A DNA stretch of 24,000 nucleotides from Lachnospiraceae bacterium (GTDB lineage: Bacteria > Bacillota > Clostridia > Lachnospirales > Lachnospiraceae), in NCBI GenBank assembly GCA_024698715.1, contig JAILRA010000033.1:104980-128979 (forward strand), written 5' to 3'. Positions within the stretch are counted from its first letter, which is position 1, and each line of letters starts with the position of its first letter. Under the pieces are notes generated by a model. The model was not told where the DNA came from. It did not search any database and saw only the letters and a list, made by a program, of their open reading frames with translations. The position numbers were made by a program, and so were the translations under genes. Shown one piece after another: positions 15,224-24,000 of the stretch.

Positions 15224-17344
15224 TTATCTGTTTTGTTCAATGATTGCTCTCGTAATGGCACTTATCAGTTCTCTGTAATCGTTTACAAAGGCATCATGAT
15301 TTGCTTTGATATATGCCTCATCCGCGCTTTTGCCCGCAAGTTCGAGTTTATATGCACGATCTGCCAGTTCATCGGCTCCTATATTCCTGCAAGCACCTTT
15401 GATCGAATGAGCGATAACTTCATAATTGTTCCAGTCAGCGCTCTCATAATAATTCACGAGTCCGGAAGAAAGATTGGAAGATGAAAAAGTCTGAAGGATC
15501 CTGATGTAAACATTTCTGTTTCCGCCGCAGTTTCTGATACCGGTTTCCACATTTACTCCCTTTAAAACATAAAGGATGTCTTCTTCAAGTTCTTCTTTGG
15601 TTTTGAAACGGCTGGACTGAATAGGCTTCATTTCCTCGCCGTCTACTATTCGGATCTGTTTTTCCAGAGGCAGCCATCTTTTAAGTATATCGTTCAGCTG
15701 ATCAACATGGATCGGCTTGGGAAGATAATCGTTCATTCCGGCATCTTTAAACTGTTTTTCCACTCCCTTTATCGCATTTGCGGTAAGTGCGACGATCGGG
15801 ATCTCTTTGGCATAAGTCGAATCCAGAGCACGGATCTTTTCAGTGGTTTCGACACCGTCCATAAACGGCATCATATGATCCATGAAAATAATGTCATAGG
15901 TTATCAGATGCTCTTCTATCCTGTTGATGGCCTCGGAACCGTTGTCTATGGTCGTGGCTTCAAATCCGAAGCGCTTCATTATCTCGTAAGCAACCTGAAG
16001 GTTGACCTTATTGTCGTCGACTATCATTACACGTGCCGTGGGCGCCTTGAAGGATATCTTGAATTCGTCGTTCTGTCTGATGACAATATTATGATCGTTT
16101 CTGTAATTGGAAGGACGTCTGTCCTTAACCCTCTGAGGAAGCGAGAAACTGAAAGTTGAACCGTAATCGGGGATACTTGTTGCCCAGATTCCGCCGCCCA
16201 TTAATTCCAGCAGGTTTTTGGAAATTGCAAGGCCCAGACCGGTACCTTCGACATTCCTGTTCTTTCTGGTATCGATCTGACCGAACGCCTTAAACAGCTT
16301 GCCCATGTTTTCTTCGGAAATACCGATACCGGTATCCTTTACTTCAACTTCGAGAACACCTTTGTCTTCCGCCTGCGATACCCAAACCATCTTCAGAGTG
16401 ATGCTTCCCTTATGCGTGAAGTTAACGGCATTGTTCAAAAGGTTTATAAGTATCTGTCTTATACGAAGTTCGTCACCGATAAGGATCCTGGGGATGTTGG
16501 GACTTATCTCGGTAACAAGTTTAACCGACTTTCCTTTAAGTCTGAATTCAATGATACTTAAAACATCCTGAAGCAGCGAATTGAAATGATATTCATATTC
16601 GTTGATCTCCATTTTTCCCGAGTCGATCTTTGAGAAATCAAGTATCTCGTTGATGATGGATAAAAGACTTTCACTCGACTTCTGGATCGTTTCGATGTAT
16701 CCCGCTTCCTCTTCGCCCAGATCTCTTTCCGAAAGCAGCTGAGCCATACCGCAGATGGCATTCATTGGGGTTCTTATTTCATGCGACATATTTGCAAGGA
16801 AATTGCCCTTTGCTTCCAGAGCATTCTGTGCTTCTTCGTTCTTCTCCTCCATTTTCTGTTTGTAATTCTTTATGCCGCTTGCCATAAAAACAAGTGTGAC
16901 CATACCGAAAGCATAAAGGATCATATAAATGTAATAAAGCTGAGAAGAACAGACTTCATCGATGGAATCCATCTGGAAAATAGCCATAACGATGATTATC
17001 ACCGAAGAAGCGATCGAATATTCAAGCATCAGCTTTCTGTTCGAATGAAGAGCTATCATTAAAGCTCCGGCAAAATAAACCATTATGAGCATTCCGAGAG
17101 TCTCGATCTTCCAGGAGATAAGATAACTGCCTGCCAGCATAGAGATATAAAATACTCTCACTATAACGGATTCTTTTCCGGTAAGTCTGAAAACCAGTAT
17201 CGTAAGAAGGATGGGAATGAATCCCAGAGCCGACCAGAGCGCTTCGGTTATTCCGAAATGTCCGAACGCATAGATAACGTGCAGAACCGTCACGCAAAAA
17301 TATTCTATTAAACTTAATACGATAGTAGTGGAAAACGGTAACAT
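15224..17344 (-). CDS. Hybrid sensor histidine kinase: ~6 TM sensor, HisKA, HATPase_c, receiver and HPt domains
   Basis: The N-terminal ~160 aa hold about six hydrophobic helices with short loops. The H-box is FLANMSHEIRTPMNAI. The ATPase G-boxes are DTGIGI and GTGLGLAISK. The receiver is RVMIVDDNKVNLQV...IIFMDHMMPFMDGVE...ALTANA. The C-terminal HPt motif is VIAHSIKGACRNIGA. The RBS is AAAGGAG. Confidence 0.9.
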   Translation of the reverse strand: MLPFSTTIVLSLIEYFCVTVLHVIYAFGHFGITEALWSALGFIPILLTILVFRLTGKESVIVRVFYISMLAGSYLISWKIETLGMLIMVYFAGALMIALHSNRKLMLEYSIASSVIIIVMAIFQMDSIDEVCSSQLYYIYMILYAFGMVTLVFMASGIKNYKQKMEEKNEEAQNALEAKGNFLANMSHEIRTPMNAICGMAQLLSERDLGEEEAGYIETIQKSSESLLSIINEILDFSKIDSGKMEINEYEYHFNSLLQDVLSIIEFRLKGKSVKLVTEISPNIPRILIGDELRIRQILINLLNNAVNFTHKGSITLKMVWVSQAEDKGVLEVEVKDTGIGISEENMGKLFKAFGQIDTRKNRNVEGTGLGLAISKNLLELMGGGIWATSIPDYGSTFSFSLPQRVKDRRPSNYRNDHNIVIRQNDEFKISFKAPTARVMIVDDNKVNLQVAYEIMKRFGFEATTIDNGSEAINRIEEHLITYDIIFMDHMMPFMDGVETTEKIRALDSTYAKEIPIVALTANAIKGVEKQFKDAGMNDYLPKPIHVDQLNDILKRWLPLEKQIRIVDGEEMKPIQSSRFKTKEELEEDILYVLKGVNVETGIRNCGGNRNVYIRILQTFSSSNLSSGLVNYYESADWNNYEVIAHSIKGACRNIGADELADRAYKLELAGKSADEAYIKANHDAFVNDYRELISAITRAIIEQNR

Positions 17345-17376
17345 TTACTCTCCTTTATCGTTAAGTGCCGCTCTTT

Positions 17377-18531
17377 TTATCTGCGAACATATTTCCTGAG
17401 TTCACCTATGATCTCACCAAAACAATCTCCGGCATACTCTATCTCTTCTTTAGTGGTAAGGACCGAAAGCGAAAATCTTATTGTCGAATCCAGTAATTCT
17501 TTTTCCACACCGATGGCTTTGAGTGTTTCCGAAACCGCCGGTTTGTTGGAAGCACAGGCGCTTCCCGATGATACATACACTCCCTTGTTTTCAAGTGCAT
17601 GAAGCAGTACTTCCGCTCTTACGCCTTTTACGGAAACGCTGACAATATGCGGTGCAGCTTCTCCACCTTCGGCACCGTTTATAAATACGCCTTCGTTCTG
17701 AGTCAGGGATTCGATCAGCATATTTCTTAAACTTCTCATTCTTTCGGTATCTTCTTCAAATCCCGCGAAGATCTTATCGATCGCACAACCCATTCCCATT
17801 ATACCGCACACGTTTTGAGTACCGCTTCTTAAAGCCTTCTGCTGACCTCCGCCGAATATTATCGGTTTGATCTTTACCTTATAGGAAACATACAAAAAAC
17901 CGATCCCCTTCGGACCATGTATTTTATGTCCGCTCACACTCAGAAGATCTATTCCGATCTTTCTCGGAAGGATCCTGATCTTTCCGTATGCCTGAACCGC
18001 ATCTACGTGAAAAAGCGTTTCGGGATTTTTGCTTTTTATGATACGTGATATTTCCGAAAGAGGTTCCACGGTTCCGATCTCGTTGTTCACTCCCATTATC
18101 GAAACCAGTATGGTGTCTTCTCTGATCGCATCTCTCAGTTCGTCCAGATCGACAATCCCTTTTTCATCGGTTGAAAGATATGTGATCTCATATCCTTCTT
18201 CCTTTAAGTATTCGGCCGTCTGAAGAACCGCAGCATGCTCGATCTTTGAAGTGATAATATGTTTTCCGCTCCGTCTGTACGCTCTTGCTATTCCTATCAG
18301 GGCCATATTATCAGACTCGGTACCGCCGGATGTATATATTATCTCGCTCTCATCGCATTTTAACGTTGAAGCAATGATCGCTGTGGCTTCCCTGATCTTC
18401 TTTTCGGCTTCAAATCCTTTGATATGCAGGCTTGAAGGATTGCCGTAATACTGTTTCATTTCGGCTCCAACCGTTTCGATCACTTCATCGAAACATCTTG
18501 TCGTTGCCGAATTATCCAAATAACATTCCAT
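17377..18531 (-). CDS. Cysteine desulfurase (class V aminotransferase, NifS/NifZ/IscS family)
   Basis: 384 aa with N-terminus YLDNSATT. The PLP-Lys motif is SGHKIHGPKGIGFLY and the catalytic Cys loop is SSGSACAS. Confidence 0.9.
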   Translation of the reverse strand: MECYLDNSATTRCFDEVIETVGAEMKQYYGNPSSLHIKGFEAEKKIREATAIIASTLKCDESEIIYTSGGTESDNMALIGIARAYRRSGKHIITSKIEHAAVLQTAEYLKEEGYEITYLSTDEKGIVDLDELRDAIREDTILVSIMGVNNEIGTVEPLSEISRIIKSKNPETLFHVDAVQAYGKIRILPRKIGIDLLSVSGHKIHGPKGIGFLYVSYKVKIKPIIFGGGQQKALRSGTQNVCGIMGMGCAIDKIFAGFEEDTERMRSLRNMLIESLTQNEGVFINGAEGGEAAPHIVSVSVKGVRAEVLLHALENKGVYVSSGSACASNKPAVSETLKAIGVEKELLDSTIRFSLSVLTTKEEIEYAGDCFGEIIGELRKYVRR

Positions 18532-18554
18532 AATAATTCCTGATCAATCTGATT

Positions 18555-19307
18555 TTATCTGTCATTCCCGAATTCCAGGCAGTATCCGATCCATGCCATG
18601 ACCGTCATTCCCGCCGTCTCGGTACGCAATATCCTTTTTCCGAGTGAGATCGGAACAATACCTTCTTTTATCGCAAGTTCCACTTCACTCTCATCGAATC
18701 CGCCTTCGGGCCCTATAAATACCGAGATACTTTTTCCCGGCGAAAGTTCTCTGAATATCTTTTTTGTGACATCAGTGTCATCGGACATTTCATAAGGAAT
18801 TATCCTGATGTCATCATTCTCTGATTCCTTTACGGCTTCGGCAAATGTTCTTACCTGTCCGATAAATGGGATAATTGTTCTTTTGCTCTGCTTGCCGGCT
18901 GCTTCTGCGATCGCCTGCCATCTGGCTGTTTTGGCCGCTGCTTTTTTGTCATCCAGTTTTACAACGCATCTTTTCGACGCAACGGGAATGATCTCGCTGA
19001 CACCGAGTTCCACACATTTCTGAATGATCATTTCCATTTTTTCGGCTTTCGGAAGACACTGATAAAGTCTGACTTTTGAAGGCAGCTCTACATTTGCTTT
19101 TTTAACAAAAATCAGATTGCAGACTACTTTGCCGTCTTCGAATCTTTCGATCATGCAGCGATATTCGTTTTCGTCTTCTCCGTTTCCGACGGAAATCTCT
19201 TCACCCTCTCTCATACGAAGAACATTCTTAATATGATTATAATCGGTTCCGTCTATGATCACGGTTTTGTCAAAAATCTGGTTTTTATCCACAAAGAAAT
19301 GATACAT
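18555..19307 (-). CDS. rsmE: 16S rRNA (uracil1498-N3)-methyltransferase RsmE
   Basis: From ATG 19307: MYHFFV...; conserved blocks are RCVVKLDDKKAAAKTARWQAIAEAAGKQSKR, FIGPEGGFDESEV and LGKRILRTETA. It follows prmA as in the Bacillus prmA-yqeU pair. The ORF-track start at 19343 would overlap prmA. Confidence 0.9.
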   Translation of the reverse strand: MYHFFVDKNQIFDKTVIIDGTDYNHIKNVLRMREGEEISVGNGEDENEYRCMIERFEDGKVVCNLIFVKKANVELPSKVRLYQCLPKAEKMEMIIQKCVELGVSEIIPVASKRCVVKLDDKKAAAKTARWQAIAEAAGKQSKRTIIPFIGQVRTFAEAVKESENDDIRIIPYEMSDDTDVTKKIFRELSPGKSISVFIGPEGGFDESEVELAIKEGIVPISLGKRILRTETAGMTVMAWIGYCLEFGNDR

Positions 19308-19309
19308 TT

Positions 19310-20272
19310 TTATCCTTTCTTTCGTGCCGTTATGCTTACCCACTCGCCCTGTCTCGTAACTTCGAGTACATCAAAACCGTCACGTTTCAAAACATTGAGC
19401 ATATATTCTTCTTTTTCGTCTATTATTCCCGAGGTGATATATATTCCGTCCGGTTTGAGCTGATCTTTGATCACTGGTGTGAGTATGTCCAGAACATTGT
19501 GAAGAATATTGGCCACAACAATATCGTATTTTTTGTAACCTGCCCAGTCCTGAACATTCTTGTCGTTGATTATATTACCGATTATGATCTCAAAATCCCC
19601 GGGAGATATACCGTTATTGGCAAGGTTCTCCGCTGATGCATCGATGGCACAGGGATCCAGATCGGTTCCTTTCGCGTGCTTTGCTCCGTACATTAATGCA
19701 ACAATTCCGAGTATTCCGCTTCCGCATCCGACATCAAGAATTTCGGTTTCTTCATTAACGAATTTTTTAATCTGTCTTATGCAAAGCTGTGTTGTTTCAT
19801 GTGCACCGGTACCAAAAGCGGTTCCGGGATCGATATGAAGGATCTTGCCTGAAAAATCAGGGTCCTCCATTTTTTCCCATGAAGGGATGACAAGCAGATT
19901 GTCTATATAAAACTGGTGAAAATATTTCTTCCAGTTGTTGATCCAGTCCAGATCTTCGGTTTCCGAAAGCATTACCGTACCTTCACCTATGTCGGTAAAC
20001 TCTGCGATAGCTTTGAGTTCTTCCCTGACTTCGGAAACTGTTTTTTCGATATCAACCCCGTCATTTTCTTCCACAAAAAAATTAAGATAGGCGATACCGT
20101 CATCATCTTCGCTTACCGGCGGAATATCCACGAACATCTGCTCTTTTTCGAGAGGAGTCAGAGGGATCTTATCTTCTATCTGCGCACCTTCCAGTCCTAT
20201 GTCTTCCATGTAGCAGATGATGATGTCTTCAGCTTCGGTTATAGTTTTTATTGTGATCTTATACCATTTCAT
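19310..20272 (-). CDS. prmA: Ribosomal protein L11 methyltransferase
   Basis: 320 aa with N-terminus MKWYKITIKT. It carries IDPGTAFGTGAHETTQLC and the SAM motif ILDVGCGSGILGI. Confidence 0.92.
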   Translation of the reverse strand: MKWYKITIKTITEAEDIIICYMEDIGLEGAQIEDKIPLTPLEKEQMFVDIPPVSEDDDGIAYLNFFVEENDGVDIEKTVSEVREELKAIAEFTDIGEGTVMLSETEDLDWINNWKKYFHQFYIDNLLVIPSWEKMEDPDFSGKILHIDPGTAFGTGAHETTQLCIRQIKKFVNEETEILDVGCGSGILGIVALMYGAKHAKGTDLDPCAIDASAENLANNGISPGDFEIIIGNIINDKNVQDWAGYKKYDIVVANILHNVLDILTPVIKDQLKPDGIYITSGIIDEKEEYMLNVLKRDGFDVLEVTRQGEWVSITARKKG

Positions 20273-20292
20273 ATTTTTCTCCTGTCATCCGG

Positions 20293-20826
20293 TCATTCTC
20301 TGTCGGACAAATCTATTTTAAGCGTTTCAAGATACGGAACAAATACATCCGCATCCCGCGGGATCACATATGCCGGATTAAGTTCGTCATGTCTGAAACT
20401 CTTTCTTCCGCCTTCTTTTGCTCTCTGCCAGAACAGCTTCAGGTATTCGAACGGCAGATAATACAGTTCGTCTATCGAAGTATAATAGATCAGAAAGAAA
20501 GCAATGCCTCCCTGTGCTTCAAAATCCTCCATAAATTTATACTGATGTTCATGAATGTTCTGTAACGAAAAAGTTTCGCTTGCGCTTTCCTTGGCATCAA
20601 AACAAACGGGAATACCCTGAACTGCACCTATATAATCGACGGTACTTTTCTGATCGAAATATGCAAGCGTAATATGACGCGAACTCTGATCGATCTCTAT
20701 CGGAGTGATCGGAGTGGGAATTTTCTGAATGAGTGCGAGTCCTTCTTCTCTGTATTTTTCATTTGTTCTGTTGATAAGTTCCTCCAGAGCGGAACCTCTT
20801 AATCCTCTTGATTTCCAAGTAGCCAT
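20293..20826 (-). CDS. recU: Holliday junction resolvase RecU
   Basis: GLRGSALEELINRTNEKYREEGLALIQKIPTP...STVDYIGAVQGIPVCFDAKES...LQNIHEHQYKFMEDFEAQGGIAFFLIYY matches the RecU catalytic core as I recall it from B. subtilis (DY.G...G..I.FEAKET...HQ). Confidence 0.88.
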   Translation of the reverse strand: MATWKSRGLRGSALEELINRTNEKYREEGLALIQKIPTPITPIEIDQSSRHITLAYFDQKSTVDYIGAVQGIPVCFDAKESASETFSLQNIHEHQYKFMEDFEAQGGIAFFLIYYTSIDELYYLPFEYLKLFWQRAKEGGRKSFRHDELNPAYVIPRDADVFVPYLETLKIDLSDRE

Positions 20827-20870
20827 ATTGCCATCCTGTCAATGAATTGTCATGAAACCTCACAAAGTGT

Positions 20871-20899
20871 ATTATATCATAACGCTTAAAAATCATAAA
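20871..20899 (-). promoter_or_regulatory. Candidate promoter for recU-prmA-rsmE (extended -10 type)
   Basis: On the minus strand, TGaTATAAT (20879-20871) with a weak -35 TTTATG (20899-20894) at 17-nt spacing. It lies just downstream of the dnaJ terminator. Confidence 0.45.
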
Positions 20900-20912
20900 G
20901 TTGATTGAACCT

Positions 20913-20943
20913 AAAAAAAGATGTTGAAAACAACATCTTTTTT
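20913..20943. terminator. Rho-independent terminator after dnaJ (bidirectional architecture)
   Basis: The stem AAAGATGTTG / CAACATCTTT has a 4-nt loop and is flanked by A7 and T6. It begins 5 nt past the dnaJ stop on the minus strand. Confidence 0.8.
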
Positions 20944-20948
20944 CAGGA

Positions 20949-22109
20949 TTATTTAAAAAGTCCTTTTTTTCTTTTTTCTTTGGGAATACCTTCCTTAGCC
21001 GCATTCTTGGTCGCATTAAGGTAATCGCCGCTGACCGCATCAAACGAACGAAGCAGTTCTTTTGCTTCTGACGAAAGATGATCCGGAACTTTAACGACAA
21101 GTTTGACAAAATGATCGCCGCGGTTGTCTTTGTTTTTAACGTTCGGAACACCTTTTCCTTTAAGCCTTAACGTCGTATCCGTAGGGGTACCTGCTTTGAT
21201 ATCGTAAACCAACTTACCGTCAACGGTGTCGATGAAGATCTCTCCTCCGAGTGCAGCTACCGAGAAAGGAAGTGATACTGTTGAAATGATATTCATTCCG
21301 TCTCTGGTAAATGTCGGATGCGTTCCTACAACTGCACCTACGAGAATATCGCCTCTTGGACCGCCGTTGCTTCCGGGTTCTCCTCTTCCGGGAATTCTGC
21401 AAGCCAGCTGACCGTCATCTATACCGGCAGGGAATTTAACCGCATATTTTTTCTTTATGGTTGTATAACCCGTTCCGCGACAGTCAGTACATTTTTCTCT
21501 GATGATCTTTCCTTTTCCGCCGCAGTCATGACATGTCTGAACCGACTGGATCTGTCCGAAAAGAGAATTGGTCGTTACAACAACCTGACCTTTTCCCCGG
21601 CATGTCGGACATGTCTCGGGATTGCTTCCGGGTTTTGCTCCCGATCCCTTACAGGTCTTACATTCTTCTTTAACATTTACTTCAATTTCTTTTTCACATC
21701 CGAAGATTGCTTCTTCAAAAGTAATACGTACTCTCTGAACAATATCCTGACCTCGTCTGGGGCTGTTTCTCGACGCTCTTCTTCCGCCTCCGAAGAAATC
21801 TCCGAAACCGAAAAGATCGCTGAAAATATCGCTGAAATCAGCACTGTTGAAATCAAATCCTCCTGCGCCGCCGGCACCTCCGTCAAATGCGGCATGTCCG
21901 AACTGATCGTACTGACGTCTCCTGTCGGCATCGCTTAATACAGCATATGCTTCCGAAGCCTCTTTGAATTTTGCTTCAGCTGAAGGATCGTCCGGATTCA
22001 TATCGGGATGATATTTTTTGGCCAGAGCCCTGTATGCTTTTTTTATCGCCGCTTCATCAGCGTTTTTGTCTACTCCGAGAACCTCGTAGTAGTCTCTTTT
22101 ATCTGCCAT
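20949..22109 (-). CDS. dnaJ: Molecular chaperone DnaJ (Hsp40)
   Basis: The J-domain is DYYEVLGV...KKYHPD, followed by a G/F-rich region and four CxxCxGxG zinc motifs ([32 protein letters not shown]). 386 aa. The RBS is GGAGG. Confidence 0.97.
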   Translation of the reverse strand: MADKRDYYEVLGVDKNADEAAIKKAYRALAKKYHPDMNPDDPSAEAKFKEASEAYAVLSDADRRRQYDQFGHAAFDGGAGGAGGFDFNSADFSDIFSDLFGFGDFFGGGRRASRNSPRRGQDIVQRVRITFEEAIFGCEKEIEVNVKEECKTCKGSGAKPGSNPETCPTCRGKGQVVVTTNSLFGQIQSVQTCHDCGGKGKIIREKCTDCRGTGYTTIKKKYAVKFPAGIDDGQLACRIPGRGEPGSNGGPRGDILVGAVVGTHPTFTRDGMNIISTVSLPFSVAALGGEIFIDTVDGKLVYDIKAGTPTDTTLRLKGKGVPNVKNKDNRGDHFVKLVVKVPDHLSSEAKELLRSFDAVSGDYLNATKNAAKEGIPKEKRKKGLFK

Positions 22110-22120
22110 AATTTCCTCCG

Positions 22121-22208
22121 GGACATATTTGTATATGTCCTATTTAACGGACATATTATCGTCCGTTTGTTAACCGATATGAGCGGCCCGGGATAAATCC
22201 CGAACCGC
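22121..22208 (-). promoter_or_regulatory. Cluster of three stem-loops in the dnaK-dnaJ intergenic region
   Basis: Hairpin 1: GGACATAT(22121-28)/ATATGTCC(22133-40), immediately 5' of the dnaJ SD on the transcript. Hairpin 2: ACGGAC(22147-52)/GTCCGT(22161-66). Hairpin 3: GCGG..CGGGA-TAAA-TCCCG..CCGC (22183-22208). No T-tract follows any of them on the minus strand. Confidence 0.4.
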
Positions 22209-22236
22209 CTGATCTAAAATCATTTTTATTTCTTTT

Positions 22237-24000
<1,764 letters not shown>

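Noticed and set aside
20293-20826. RecU considered as a stand-alone nuclease of a defence island.
   Set aside because: The sequence matches the canonical RecU resolvase core, and the gene is embedded in a conserved housekeeping operon with no partner genes of unknown function.
20759-21151. A 130-aa minus-strand ORF bridging the dnaJ 3' end and the recU 5' end.
   Set aside because: It runs out of frame through the dnaJ coding sequence, the dnaJ terminator hairpin and the recU promoter and start. It has no RBS and an implausible composition.

Overview
This is a dense chromosomal segment, about 94% coding by my coordinates. It looks like a low-GC Gram-positive anaerobe, probably Clostridia-like. 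That taxon call is an inference from a type III glutamine synthetase, RecU, IreB, RNase J and YlbF-type genes, and Bacillus-type gene order. 22 of 25 genes sit on the minus strand in one co-directional run. Reading in the direction of transcription: dnaK (5' end off-window)-dnaJ | recU-prmA-rsmE-cysteine desulfurase-[hybrid HK + LytTR RR]-thiI | mtaB-cdd-ireB-ruvX-DUF1292-rnj-ylbF-like-mltG' (N-domain only)-trmR-U32 (TrhP-like)-glnN-sugar-1-P nucleotidyltransferase-galE. The plus strand carries the 3' end of a Prs-family gene, an orphan type IV pilin gene and an HPr-like gene lacking the His15 site. I saw no rRNA or tRNA genes, CRISPR arrays, transposases, integrases, or recognisable toxin or defence modules. 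I do not find a convincing novel multi-gene system. The window is mostly conserved chaperone, translation and RNA-modification housekeeping. The items worth a second look, all of moderate interest, are: (1) a His-Asp-His hybrid kinase plus LytTR regulator wedged inside the cysteine desulfurase-thiI pair; (2) a stand-alone pilin with its own promoter and terminator; (3) an MltG homologue with only the N-terminal domain and an acidic tail; (4) an HPr-like protein with Asp in place of His15; (5) a tightly coupled rnj-ylbF-like pair; (6) recU placed in the dnaK-prmA locus; (7) structured regulatory DNA or RNA in three intergenic regions.
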